This document shows, one piece after another, positions 8,512 to 17,948 of a stretch of DNA of 56,100 nt. The position numbers and the translations under genes are program-made. How positions within the stretch are numbered: position 1 is the first letter of the stretch; each line of letters starts with the position of its first letter. Below the pieces are notes generated by a model. That model had not been told where the DNA came from. It did not search any database and saw only the letters and a list, made by a program, of their open reading frames with translations. This DNA is from Vicinamibacterales bacterium (GTDB taxonomy: Bacteria; Acidobacteriota; Vicinamibacteria; Vicinamibacterales; CAVVIG01): contig JANWLS010000112.1 of NCBI GenBank assembly GCA_025450765.1, positions 1 to 56,100 of the forward strand, written 5' to 3'.

Positions 8512-9531
8512 ATGGAGACCCGCGACCGCTTCAACCGCCCCCTGCGCAATCTCCGTCTGTCGGTCACCGACCGCTGCAACCTCCGCTGCCAATACTGCAT
8601 GCCGGAGGAGCACTACACCTGGCTGCCCCGCGAGCACCTCCTGAGCTTCGAGGAAATCAGTGCGCTCGTCGACGCGTTCATCGACGTCGGCGTCGACAAG
8701 GTGCGCCTCACGGGCGGCGAGCCGCTGCTCCGGCGGGACCTGCCGGCGCTCATCCGGCTGCTGGCCGCCAAGCCGGCGATCGGTGACCTCGCCCTCACGA
8801 CCAACGGTGTGCTGCTCGCCGAACAGGCCGAGGCCCTTCGTGCGGCGGGCCTGCAGCGCATCACCGTGAGCCTCGACACGCTCAATCCCGAGCGGTTCAC
8901 GGCCCTCACGCGCCGCCACGATCTCGATCGCGTACACACCGGCATCGCCGCCGCATCGTCGGTCTTCGGCGCGTTGAAGCTCGATACGGTGGTGATCCGC
9001 GAGGTGAACGACCGCGAGCTCATCGCGCTCGTCGAGTATGCGCGCACGGTCCACGCGGAAATCCGTTTCATCGAATACATGGACGTGGGCGGTGCCACGC
9101 ACTGGACGCGCGAGGCGGTCGTGTCGAGGGCGGAGATCCTGGAGACGCTCGAGCAGCACTACGGCCGGATCGAGCCGATCCTGGAGCGCCACTCCGCGCC
9201 GGCGGAGCGCTTCGCCCTCCCGGACGGGACGACGTTCGGCATCATCGCGTCGACCACCGCGCCATTCTGCGCCGACTGCGATCGCAGCCGTGTGACGGCC
9301 GACGGGATGTGGTTCCGGTGCTTGTACGCGAGCGAAGGGACGGACCTGCGGGCCCCGCTGCGCGGCGGCGCCTCACGCGACGAGCTGAGCGGAATTCTGA
9401 GGACGGGGTGGCAGCAGCGCGCCGACCGTGGCGCCGAAGCGCGGCTCGCGAGCCGGACTCGCGAGCCGCTGGTTCCGTTGAGCACCCTCAAGAGCAACCC
9501 GCATCTGGAGATGCACACGCGGGGCGGGTGA
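8512..9531 (+). CDS. moaA: GTP 3',8-cyclase MoaA (molybdenum cofactor biosynthesis)
   Basis: The N-terminus [20 protein letters not shown] (CxxxCxxC), the motifs LTGGEPLLR and LTTNG, and the C-terminal second cluster [19 protein letters not shown]. Confidence 0.9.
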   Translation: METRDRFNRPLRNLRLSVTDRCNLRCQYCMPEEHYTWLPREHLLSFEEISALVDAFIDVGVDKVRLTGGEPLLRRDLPALIRLLAAKPAIGDLALTTNGVLLAEQAEALRAAGLQRITVSLDTLNPERFTALTRRHDLDRVHTGIAAASSVFGALKLDTVVIREVNDRELIALVEYARTVHAEIRFIEYMDVGGATHWTREAVVSRAEILETLEQHYGRIEPILERHSAPAERFALPDGTTFGIIASTTAPFCADCDRSRVTADGMWFRCLYASEGTDLRAPLRGGASRDELSGILRTGWQQRADRGAEARLASRTREPLVPLSTLKSNPHLEMHTRGG

Positions 9532-9537
9532 TCCTTC

Positions 9538-9975
9538 TCAATTCTTCACGGTTTCAGCCACGCAGTACTTGTCGAACGCCTCCGTCAACTCCTGCGCGAT
9601 CTGCGCCGCCGACTGCCCCTCAATCTGGCGCCGCTCCATCATGTAGAGGAGCTTGCCGTCGCGCAGCAGCGCCACCGACGGCGACGAGGGGGGATACCCG
9701 GTGAAATAGCCGCGGGCCCGGTCGGTCGCTTCGACGTCCGCCCCGGCGAACACGCTCGCCACCAGGTCCGGTTTGGTCGTGTGATTGAGCGCCACCGCGA
9801 TGCCGGGGCGCGCCTTGCCCGCCGCACAGCCACAGACGGAATTCACCACGATCATCACCGTGCCGGGCGTTTCACGCACAGCCCGGTCCACCGCCGCGGC
9901 CGTTCTGAGCTCGCTCACGCCCAGCCGGGTCAACTCTTCGCGCATCGGCGCGATGAAAAATTCGGGATACGGCAA
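9538..9975 (-). CDS. bacilliredoxin family protein (BrxA/BrxB, YphP/YqiW-like)
   Basis: 145-aa ORF with the family signature VVNSVCGCAAG (CGC redox motif) and the N-terminus PMREELTRLGVSEL. TTG start at 9975. Confidence 0.75.
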   Translation of the reverse strand: MPYPEFFIAPMREELTRLGVSELRTAAAVDRAVRETPGTVMIVVNSVCGCAAGKARPGIAVALNHTTKPDLVASVFAGADVEATDRARGYFTGYPPSSPSVALLRDGKLLYMMERRQIEGQSAAQIAQELTEAFDKYCVAETVKN

Positions 9976-10144
9976 TCTGAGCTCCTTCCTGAGGTCTGAA
10001 ATCCGACGTGATCCACCTTAGCACAGGCCCCTATGACGGGGATCAGGCGCCCCGATCCGACACCCTGCCGAAATATCGACAGCCGGACGGCCAGGGCCTG
10101 CACACCCCCGCGCGCCTCTGCACACGACGGCACATCAGCCATGG

Positions 10145-10160
10145 CGGCATCGGCGTTGCT
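10145..10160 (+). promoter_or_regulatory. weak sigma-54-like -24/-12 motif upstream of the hybrid kinase
   Basis: cGGCAT-cggcg-TTGCt has the canonical GG-N10-GC spacing, 38 nt upstream of the TTG start at 10198. There are two mismatches to TGGCAC-N5-TTGC. Confidence 0.2.
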
Positions 10161-10197
10161 TTAGCGGGCGTCGTCATTCGTCCGGCAATCCGACACC

Positions 10198-12891
10198 TTG
10201 CGCCACAGACTCCCCTCGCCGCACGCCTGGTCCCCATTGATCGCGGCGCTTTGCCTGCTCGTCCTCCTCGTGTGGTCGGGGATGCCGCTGAATCACGGGC
10301 TCACGCAGGTTGCCGCGATCCGCGATGCGTCGCTGCTGGCCGCGCTGTTCGCCCTGCTCCTGGGCGTCGCCTTCGCGGGACACCGGTCACTGCGTCACCA
10401 GATCGATCTCAACTCGACACGGCTCGCGCGCACGGTCGAGGAGAAGGTCCGCCTCAGCGAGGCGCTTCACACCAGCCACGATCGCTACCGGCTGCTGGTC
10501 GACAGCGTGCAGGAATACGCCATCTTTCTCCTGACGGCCGACGGCGAGGTGGCCAGCTGGAACATCGGCGCCGAGCGCGTCAAAGGCTATTCGGCCGAAG
10601 AGGCACTCGGGCTCCCGTTCGCACGGTTCTACCCACCAGAAGATGTCGAGGCCGGCGCGCCGGCCCGCGCGCTCGAACACTCGGCGGCGGCCGGACGATT
10701 CGAGTGTGAAGGCTGGCGGCTGCGGCGCGACGGATCGCGCTTCTGGGCCACGGTGGTCGTCACGGCGCTGACGGACGATGATGGCGGGCTGTGCGGGTTC
10801 TCGTGCATCACCCGCGACGTCACCGAACGGCGGCGCGCCGAAGCGCAGCTCGCGTTCCAGGCGCGCGTGCTGTCGCAGGTGAATGAACCGATCGTGGGCA
10901 TCGATGCCGACGGCCGGGTCACCTACTGGAATGCCGGCGCCGAGCGGCTGTATGGCGTCCTGGCGCCGGATGCGGTCGGTCGGCCGCTCGTCGACAGCTA
11001 CACCCTCCGCTGGGTTCGGCCGGGCGATGAAGAACGCGCCAAAGCCACGTTCGCGGCCACCGGCTCCTGGTTCGGCGAGCAGATTCATCGCCGCCGATCC
11101 GGCGAGGAGCTGTACGTCGAGTCCTTCATCAGCGTGCTCACCGACGATCGTGGCGAACCGATCGGCTCGCTCGCCGCCGCCCGTGACGTCACCGAGCGGC
11201 GCCGCGTCCGGGAGGCGCTGCACGCGCGCGCCCACCAGCAGGCGGCGCTCGCGGCCCTCGGCCAGCACGCGCTCGCCGAATCCAACTTTGACGCGCTGCT
11301 GGACGAGGCCGTCCGCACGCTCATCCGCACGCTCGACGTCGACTGCGCGCACGTCGTGGAGCTCGCGCCCGATAGCCAGTCGCTCACGCTGCGGTGCGGC
11401 GTGGGGCTCCCGCAGACGGTCCAGCACACGGCGATGGGGATGGGCAACGCGTCGCAGGCCGGGTACACGCTGACCGTCGACGAGCCCGTCATCGTCTCCG
11501 AGCTGGTCCGGGACATGCGCTTCACCGACCGCACGTTCCTGGCAGACGAGGGGATCATCAGCGGCGTCAGCGTCATCATCCGCCTCGGCGACGGTCCATT
11601 CGGCGTGTTGAGCGCCCACACACGGACGCGGCGGACGTTTACGACCGATGACGTCCACTTCCTCGAATCCGTCGCGAACGTGCTCGGCGTCACACTCCAG
11701 CGCGTGCGCGCCGAGGCGGCCCTTCGCGAAAGCGAGGTGAACTACCAGCATACGCAGAAACTCGAAAGCCTCGGGATCCTGGCCGGCGGCATCGCGCACG
11801 ATTTCAACAACCTGCTGCTCGGCGTCCTCGGGCACGCCGGGCTGGCCCGCATGGAGCTCGCGCCCGAGTCGCCCGTGCAGAACCGCCTGGAACAGATCGA
11901 AACGACGGCGCAGCGCGCCGCCGAGCTCACGAACCAGATGCTGGCCTACTCCGGCAAGGGGCGGTTCGTCGTCCAGCCGATGAACCTGACCGAGCTCGTG
12001 CAGGAGATGACGCACCTGCTGCAAACGGTGGTTTCGAAAAAGGCGGAGCTCCGCGTCGACTTTGCGTCGGGCCTGCCGGCCGTCAACGCCGACGGCTCGC
12101 AGCTCCGCCAGGTCGTGATGAACCTGATTACCAACGCGTCCGATGCGCTCGGCGACGCGGACGGTACGATTACCATCCGGACCGGTCTCGTGCACGCCGA
12201 TGCCACGTACCTCGCCGACACGTATGTGAACACGCGACTGCCGAGCGGTCCATACGTGTTCGTGGAAGTCTCCGATACCGGCTGCGGCATGGATGCCACC
12301 ACGCGCGCACGCATCTTCGACCCGTTCTTCACGACGAAGTTCACGGGCCGCGGCCTGGGTCTGGCCGCCGTCCTCGGCATCGTCCGGGGCCATCACGGCG
12401 CCATCAAGCTGTACAGCGAGCCAAAGCTCGGAACCATCTTCAAGGTGCTGCTGCCGGCGGCGTCAGCCTCGGTGCAGGCCGTCGAGAAGCCGGCTCCTGC
12501 ACAGGACGGCTGGCGCAGCGGCGGCCTGGTGCTCGTCGTGGACGATGAGGAGGGCGTGCGGACCGTCGCGCAGGGCGTGCTGGAGCGCGTGGGCTTCGAC
12601 GTGCTCGAGGCCCGCGACGGCCGCGAAGGAGTCGACGTGTTCCGCGAGCGCGCCGGCGACATTCGCGCCGTGCTGCTCGACATGACCATGCCGCGCATGA
12701 GCGGCGTCGAGGCGCTGCGCGAAATCCGGCGAATCCGGCAGGACGTGCCGGTGATCCTGTCGAGCGGCTACAGCGAGGAAGATGCGGCGGATCACTTCCG
12801 CTTCGGCGAGGACGAGATGTCCGGCTTCATCCAGAAGCCGTATGCGGCCGCCGGGCTGGTGGACAAGCTCCGCGAGGTCCTGGAAGCCTGA
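10198..12891 (+). CDS. PAS/GAF sensor hybrid histidine kinase with C-terminal receiver
   Basis: N-terminal TM segment; PAS-like segments (ASWNIGAERVKGYSAEEALG, TYWNAGAERLYGV); a GAF-like middle; H-box GGIAHDFNNLL; ATPase boxes NLITNASDA, DTGCGMD and GRGLGLA; receiver LVVDDEEGVR...DMTMPRMSG. TTG start; the true start is uncertain. Confidence 0.85.
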   Translation: MRHRLPSPHAWSPLIAALCLLVLLVWSGMPLNHGLTQVAAIRDASLLAALFALLLGVAFAGHRSLRHQIDLNSTRLARTVEEKVRLSEALHTSHDRYRLLVDSVQEYAIFLLTADGEVASWNIGAERVKGYSAEEALGLPFARFYPPEDVEAGAPARALEHSAAAGRFECEGWRLRRDGSRFWATVVVTALTDDDGGLCGFSCITRDVTERRRAEAQLAFQARVLSQVNEPIVGIDADGRVTYWNAGAERLYGVLAPDAVGRPLVDSYTLRWVRPGDEERAKATFAATGSWFGEQIHRRRSGEELYVESFISVLTDDRGEPIGSLAAARDVTERRRVREALHARAHQQAALAALGQHALAESNFDALLDEAVRTLIRTLDVDCAHVVELAPDSQSLTLRCGVGLPQTVQHTAMGMGNASQAGYTLTVDEPVIVSELVRDMRFTDRTFLADEGIISGVSVIIRLGDGPFGVLSAHTRTRRTFTTDDVHFLESVANVLGVTLQRVRAEAALRESEVNYQHTQKLESLGILAGGIAHDFNNLLLGVLGHAGLARMELAPESPVQNRLEQIETTAQRAAELTNQMLAYSGKGRFVVQPMNLTELVQEMTHLLQTVVSKKAELRVDFASGLPAVNADGSQLRQVVMNLITNASDALGDADGTITIRTGLVHADATYLADTYVNTRLPSGPYVFVEVSDTGCGMDATTRARIFDPFFTTKFTGRGLGLAAVLGIVRGHHGAIKLYSEPKLGTIFKVLLPAASASVQAVEKPAPAQDGWRSGGLVLVVDDEEGVRTVAQGVLERVGFDVLEARDGREGVDVFRERAGDIRAVLLDMTMPRMSGVEALREIRRIRQDVPVILSSGYSEEDAADHFRFGEDEMSGFIQKPYAAAGLVDKLREVLEA

Positions 12892-12898
12892 GGACGTT

Positions 12899-12929
12899 GA
12901 GAAAAGGGCCGGCTCCGCCGACCCTTCTC
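12899..12929. terminator. imperfect hairpin between convergent genes (candidate bidirectional terminator)
   Basis: gagaaaagggccggc-tcc-gccgacccttctc gives about 12 bp of pairing with a 2-nt bulge and one mismatch. It sits between the kinase stop (12891) and the motB stop (12945). Confidence 0.35.
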
Positions 12930-12944
12930 CCTGCGGCTCCGCCG

Positions 12945-13775
12945 CTACGGTGAGCTGCCGGACGCGGGGGACGCGCCCGGGCCCGCCGTTGCCGTCGGCG
13001 GCTCCGCGCCGACGTACCGCACCAGAATCGACACGCGCCGATTGCGCGGGTCGAGCGGATCGTTTGGAATGCGCGGCTCCGTATCCGCGTAGCCCCGCAC
13101 CTCCTGGATCTGCACCGGCCTCACCCCCTGGCGCTCCATCACGCGCCGCGCCGCGTTGGCGCGATCGGCCGAGAGATCCCAGTTCGTGAACGTGTCGCCC
13201 TTCGAATACTGCCGGCTGTCGGTGTACCCCTCCACGACAATGCCGTTCGGCAGCGGCCCGAGCTCGTGCGCAATCGCGGTGAGAATCTTCACGCCCTCCG
13301 CATTCAGCACATCGCTGCCCGTGTCGAAGAAGCCCATCTTCGACGAGTCGATGAGCTGAATGCGCAGCCCTTCGCGCGTCATCTGGATCTCGATCTGATC
13401 CTTCAGGTCCTTCAGCTCCGGGAGGCGAGCCAGCGCCTCGCGAATCCGCTCCCCCGCCTTCTCGAGCGCCTGGCGCTCGTTCAACGACGGGTCCACCTGA
13501 TGGATCGCGATCGGTGCCTGCGGCGCGATGCCGACCTTCGAGCCCGACATCACGCCGTCAGACTTCTCGTTGTTGAAGATGCCCGGATCGCGGAAGTATC
13601 CGGCCACCGAACTGCGCACGATGTGGCTCTGGCTGATGATCCACATCACCAGGAAGAAGGCCATCATCGCCGTCACGAAGTCGGCGTACGCGACTTTCCA
13701 CGCGCCGCCGTGATGCCCCGCATGCGCGCGGTGCTTCTTCTTGACGATGATGATGTCGTGCGGCTTCGGGGGCAC
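12945..13775 (-). CDS. motB: flagellar stator protein MotB (set 1)
   Basis: TM/plug region with the conserved Asp (AWKVAYADFVTAMMAFFLVMW) and a C-terminal OmpA-like peptidoglycan-binding domain (VVEGYTDSRQY...NWDLSADRANAARRV). GTG start. Confidence 0.85.
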   Translation of the reverse strand: MPPKPHDIIIVKKKHRAHAGHHGGAWKVAYADFVTAMMAFFLVMWIISQSHIVRSSVAGYFRDPGIFNNEKSDGVMSGSKVGIAPQAPIAIHQVDPSLNERQALEKAGERIREALARLPELKDLKDQIEIQMTREGLRIQLIDSSKMGFFDTGSDVLNAEGVKILTAIAHELGPLPNGIVVEGYTDSRQYSKGDTFTNWDLSADRANAARRVMERQGVRPVQIQEVRGYADTEPRIPNDPLDPRNRRVSILVRYVGAEPPTATAGPGASPASGSSP

Positions 13776-13780
13776 GGGCG

Positions 13781-14656
13781 CTACGCCGCTTCCTTCTCGG
13801 CCGCACGGCCGGCCGCGCGGCAGCGTTCTTCGGTCTGGTTGAAGGTCGGGCGCACGTCAGCCGGCAGCACGCGCCGGGCGAACTCGACGGCGATGGCCGG
13901 CGGAAAGCCCTTGTAGCTCGCGAGCAGTCCCGCCTTGATGCACTGCGTGTACCGCCCGTGATCCTGCGCCTGCTGCTCGAGGTTGGTGGACATCGGCGCG
14001 ACGAACCCGTAGGACATCAGGATGCCGAGGAACGTGCCGACCAGTGCGGCCGCCACCTTCTCGCCGATTTCCGTCGCCGGCCCGTCGATCGCGCCCATCG
14101 TGATGACGACGCCGAGCACCGCCGCCACGATGCCGAAGCCAGGGAGGGCGTCGCCGACCTTCGACAGAATGTTCGCCGGCTTGGTTTCCTCGTCGTGATT
14201 GACCTGCAGGTCTTCGTCCATCAGCGACTCGAGGTCGTGCGGCGAGATCCCGCCGATGATGATCACCTTCACCGAGTCGGCGAGAAAATCGACCGCATGA
14301 TGCTTGGCGAGGAATTTCGGATAGGTCGACAGGATCGAGCTCTTCTCGGGCTCCTCGAAATGGGCTTCGAGGGACATCACGCCCGACTGCTGGCTGAGAC
14401 GGAACAACTGATACTGCATGGCCAACAGCTCGAGGAAGTCGTCCTTGGTGAGCCCCTTGCCGAGCAGCCCCTTGATTTGCCCGATCAGCTGCTTGACCAC
14501 CTTCACGGGCGTGCTGATCAGCAGGGATCCAAGCGCCGCACCGCCGATGATGATCAGCTCCGACGGCTGCTTCAGGACCAGCAGGTTGCCGCCTTCCATC
14601 AGGTAGCCGGTGAGGACCGACGCGAAGACGAGGATGGCGCCGACGATGAGCAGCAT
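13781..14656 (-). CDS. motA: flagellar stator protein MotA (set 1, E. coli-type, 291 aa)
   Basis: The conserved Pro-containing segments GDALPGFGIVAAVLGVVITMG and ALVGTFLGILMSYGFVAPM. Its ATG overlaps the upstream kinase stop (TAATG at 14654-14658). Confidence 0.9.
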   Translation of the reverse strand: MLLIVGAILVFASVLTGYLMEGGNLLVLKQPSELIIIGGAALGSLLISTPVKVVKQLIGQIKGLLGKGLTKDDFLELLAMQYQLFRLSQQSGVMSLEAHFEEPEKSSILSTYPKFLAKHHAVDFLADSVKVIIIGGISPHDLESLMDEDLQVNHDEETKPANILSKVGDALPGFGIVAAVLGVVITMGAIDGPATEIGEKVAAALVGTFLGILMSYGFVAPMSTNLEQQAQDHGRYTQCIKAGLLASYKGFPPAIAVEFARRVLPADVRPTFNQTEERCRAAGRAAEKEAA

Positions 14657-16824
14657 TAGACGTGCGCCTCCTGCATGGTCCGGAGCAACGCATCCTGAAG
14701 CGATTTCATCGTGACCGGTTTACTGAGCACGCGTGTCACTTCCTCCGGCGGGTTCTCCTCGTAATCGGCCCCCCAGCCGGTGAGCAGCGCGACCGGGGTC
14801 TCCGGCCGCTGCGCCCGGACGCGGCGCGCCAGCTCGATGCCGTTCATGCCGGGCATGCCGAGATCGGTGAGCACGACGTCGAAGTGCTCGCGCTGGAAGT
14901 GACGGAGCGCCGACTCGCCGGAATCCGCAACGGCGACCGTGTGGCCGAGCGCTCCCAGCATGTCGGCGACGCTCTCGAGCACGTCGGGCTGATCGTCGAC
15001 GAGCAGCACGCGCAGGCGTGGCGCGGACGGACGGCCCGCCTTCGCGGTCGCCGCGGCCGCCGGATTCGACGGGGCGGCGGCGTTCGGTTTGGAGGGTTCA
15101 GAAGCTTTCGCCGATCGCGCGGCGCCCTGTGTGGCTGGCAGCACCAGCGTGAACGTGGTGCCGCTGCCCATCGTCGAATGCACCTCGAGCGTGCCGTGGT
15201 GCCGCTCGGCGATCCCCCAGCAGACGCTGAGCCCCAATCCGGCGCCGTCCTTCCCCTTCGTCGTGAAGAACGGCTCGAAGATGCGTTCCTTCACCTCGTC
15301 GGGAATGCCGGTGCCCTGATCGATGACGCTGATGAGCGCCTTGTCGTGCGAGGCGCCCGTGCGGATCACGATCTTGCCGCCGTCCGGCATCGCGTCGATG
15401 GCGTTGAACACCAGGTTCATCAGCAGCTCGCGGATTTCGGAGCTGACCACGCGGACGGCCGGCGTCGGATTCGCCTCGACGAGCACCTCGAACTGCACAC
15501 CGCGGCGCTGCGCGAGCTCGCGCCATCGGGGGCGCGCCAGGTTCACGACGAGTTGCGCCATCTCCGCGAGATCGACCTGTTCCGATTCGGCTTCGGGCGT
15601 CGAGCGGCCGAAGAGCTGCAGGCGCCGGACGATCGCGGCCGCGTCGACGGCGGCGGTGCGGATGGTGTCGAGATCGGAACGGATGGCCAGATCGGGCGGC
15701 GAGGTGTGCAGCAGCCACTCGATCATCCCGAGGATCGTCGTCAGGGAGTTGTTGAAATCGTGCGCCACGCCGGACGCCATTTCGCCGAGCGCGCGAAGCC
15801 GCTGCGCGCGCACCATCTGGTCCTGGGTGGACTGAATCGACGAGAGCGAGTGCTGCAGCTCGCCGCTGAGCCGCGTCTGCTCCGACAGGGCCTGCTCGAT
15901 GCGCGCGTTCGTGGTCTGGAGCTCGTGCACGAGCCGCTCACGCTCGATCTCCGCCTGCTTGCGTTCGGTGATGTCGGTGGCGACGATGATGACGCCGGCC
16001 GTCGTGCCGGCCGCCGTGCGCCGGGGGAAGCGGCGCATCAGGAGGCAGCGCGCCGTGCCGCCCAGGACGATCGCGCATTCCGACTCGAGCGTCTCGCCTG
16101 AGACTTCGACGATCTGATCGCGAGCCACCTGGTCACTGGCGACGTCCGGCGGAAACAGTTCCGCATCGCGCTTCCCGACGACCTGCTCGAGGGGGAGCCC
16201 CAGGGCGGCGAGGAACGCGGCGTTCGCTTCGGTGTAGCGGCCGAAGACGTCCTTGGCGTACACGTAGTCCGCCGTCGACTGGAAGACGCTCCGATAGGGA
16301 TCGCTTTCGTTCACCGCGTGGGACGTCGCGGAGGCGGCCTGCGAATCGTCAGCCCTCTTCCCGCCACGACCGTTCCGGCCGCCGGGCTCATCCTGATGCC
16401 CCCCGGATTCGTCGCGATCGATGATGAGGCTGAACTGTCCGGCGATGAGGCGCATCGCCGCATCCACTTCCGCCGGCAGAAGGCGCGTGTGGCGCCACGC
16501 GACGGCGAGTTGTCCCCAGACGAACGGCGTCTCGACTTCGGCGCCGCCGAAGAGTGCGGCGCCCCGGCTGCCGAGCCAGCGCTCGAGACGATCGGAGGCG
16601 GCGGCGCGCGCGATTTCGTGGGCGGACGCCGGGGGTGCGAGCGGGCCGATGACGAAGGTGGTGTCCTCCGCGCCCGGCTGCTTGTCGACGTCCGTCAGCC
16701 ACACGACGGCGGCGTCGGCATGAAACAGCTCGAGCAGGCTCGTGCCGCAGCGCGAGGCCAGGTTGTGCCGGCCCCGCACCTTGGTGAGCTGCGCGAGAAC
16801 TTCAGCGATGCGATCGAGGTCCAT
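14656..16824 (-). CDS. GAF/PAS sensor hybrid histidine kinase with C-terminal receiver
   Basis: H-box SGVAHDFNNSLT; ATPase boxes NLVFNAIDAMP, DQGTGIP and GAGLGLSV; receiver VLLVDDQPDV...TDLGMPGMNG. A PAS-like segment precedes the coiled coil. Confidence 0.85.
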   Translation of the reverse strand: MDLDRIAEVLAQLTKVRGRHNLASRCGTSLLELFHADAAVVWLTDVDKQPGAEDTTFVIGPLAPPASAHEIARAAASDRLERWLGSRGAALFGGAEVETPFVWGQLAVAWRHTRLLPAEVDAAMRLIAGQFSLIIDRDESGGHQDEPGGRNGRGGKRADDSQAASATSHAVNESDPYRSVFQSTADYVYAKDVFGRYTEANAAFLAALGLPLEQVVGKRDAELFPPDVASDQVARDQIVEVSGETLESECAIVLGGTARCLLMRRFPRRTAAGTTAGVIIVATDITERKQAEIERERLVHELQTTNARIEQALSEQTRLSGELQHSLSSIQSTQDQMVRAQRLRALGEMASGVAHDFNNSLTTILGMIEWLLHTSPPDLAIRSDLDTIRTAAVDAAAIVRRLQLFGRSTPEAESEQVDLAEMAQLVVNLARPRWRELAQRRGVQFEVLVEANPTPAVRVVSSEIRELLMNLVFNAIDAMPDGGKIVIRTGASHDKALISVIDQGTGIPDEVKERIFEPFFTTKGKDGAGLGLSVCWGIAERHHGTLEVHSTMGSGTTFTLVLPATQGAARSAKASEPSKPNAAAPSNPAAAATAKAGRPSAPRLRVLLVDDQPDVLESVADMLGALGHTVAVADSGESALRHFQREHFDVVLTDLGMPGMNGIELARRVRAQRPETPVALLTGWGADYEENPPEEVTRVLSKPVTMKSLQDALLRTMQEAHV

Positions 16825-16877
16825 GTCTCTACGAGTCTTCAGTCTTCAGTGCTCAGTAAGAACCGGGTGTCTGCTCC

Positions 16878-17909
16878 TCATTGCACCGTCGTCGAATGGC
16901 GATCGATCAGCCGCAGCCAGGCCTGCACCACGTCGGGATCGAACTGGGAGCCGGCACACCGTACGAGCTCGGCCGCCGCGCGGACGCTGGTGACCGGGTC
17001 GTGGTACACGCGCGCCCAGGTGAGCGCATCGTAGGTGTCCACCACCGCCGTGATGCGCGCGCCGATCGGAATCGCGCCGCCGGCGAGCCCCTGCGGATAG
17101 CCGCTGCCGTCCCACGCTTCGTGGGACGCGAGGACGATCTCGGCGGCCGGCTTGAGGGCCGGCACCACCGAGACGATGCTGTGGCCGATCTGCGGATGCG
17201 TCCGGATGATGGCGATCTCCTCGTCGGTCAGCGGACCCGGCTTGTGGATGAGCGCGTCGGGCATCGCCACCTTGCCGATGTCGTGCAGGAGCGCCCCCCG
17301 CTGGACGTGGACACGCTCGGAGTCGGCGACCCTCAAGACCTCGGCCAGGGCCGCGGCCATGCTGGCCACGCGCTTGGCGTGCTCGAAGGCTTCCGGGTTG
17401 CGCGTGTTCAGCGTGATGAGCAGCGCCTCGAGCACCGACGAGGAGATGTGCTCGATCTCGGCGAAGGCACTGGCGAGCTCCACGCTCCGGCGTTCAATGG
17501 CATCTTCGAGGCGCTTCCGCTCCTGCGCGAGCCGGCGGTTCGTGTCGCGCCAGCGGACCGCGCGATCGACGGAGTCGATGAGCTGCTGCTGCGTGAGCGG
17601 CTTCAGCAGGTAGTCGAGGACGCCCAAACGCATCCCTTCGACGGCGGCGTCGAAGCGCTGCATGCCCGTCACCATGATCAGGGCGAGCTCCTCGTCCTGC
17701 TCGCGGAGCCGGTGCGCCAGCGCCACGCCGTCCTGGCCGGGCAGGGCCAGGTCGAGCAGCGCCACATCAGGCCGTTCGCGCGAGATGACCTCGAGCGCCT
17801 CGTCGGCCTCGCCGGCCGTCATGCAGTGATAGCCCTGGCGCGACAGCCAGTCGCTCAGCAGCCGCCGGATCGCCGGCTCATCGTCGACAACAAGGATGTT
17901 TGCGTCCAT
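16878..17909 (-). CDS. response regulator with HD-GYP domain (RpfG-like c-di-GMP phosphodiesterase)
   Basis: Receiver ILVVDDEPAIRRLL...DLALPGQDG, plus HD-GYP motifs LLHDIGKVAMPD and SHEAWDGSGYPQGL. The start is chosen at the ATG at 17909 (MDANILVVDD), which is preceded by AAAAAGGCGG. The ORF is open to 18020. Confidence 0.85.
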   Translation of the reverse strand: MDANILVVDDEPAIRRLLSDWLSRQGYHCMTAGEADEALEVISRERPDVALLDLALPGQDGVALAHRLREQDEELALIMVTGMQRFDAAVEGMRLGVLDYLLKPLTQQQLIDSVDRAVRWRDTNRRLAQERKRLEDAIERRSVELASAFAEIEHISSSVLEALLITLNTRNPEAFEHAKRVASMAAALAEVLRVADSERVHVQRGALLHDIGKVAMPDALIHKPGPLTDEEIAIIRTHPQIGHSIVSVVPALKPAAEIVLASHEAWDGSGYPQGLAGGAIPIGARITAVVDTYDALTWARVYHDPVTSVRAAAELVRCAGSQFDPDVVQAWLRLIDRHSTTVQ

Positions 17910-17948
17910 GACCGCCTTTTTCAGGGGCTCCGCCCCGAGTAACAAGGT

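Noticed and set aside
12945-14656. MotA/MotB pairs as Zorya-type anti-phage or ExbBD/TolQR-type modules
   Set aside because: Both MotA proteins have flagellar-stator size (291 and 264 aa) and the stator-specific Pro-containing TM3/TM4 segments. Both MotB proteins have the plug/Asp TM segment plus an OmpA-like domain. FlbD accompanies set 2. No ZorC/ZorD-like, TonB or TolA genes are nearby.
16836-16858. Short tandem tcttcag-tcttcag between the HD-GYP regulator stop and the kinase start
   Set aside because: It has only two copies of 7 nt in a 53-nt spacer. That is too short to call a regulatory element, and it could be chance.
10387-17942. Long antisense ORFs over the kinase/regulator genes (10387-12396, 14662-16101, 16881-17942)
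   Set aside because: Each is the reverse frame of a gene with H-box, G-box, receiver or HD-GYP motifs. They are GC-driven open frames.
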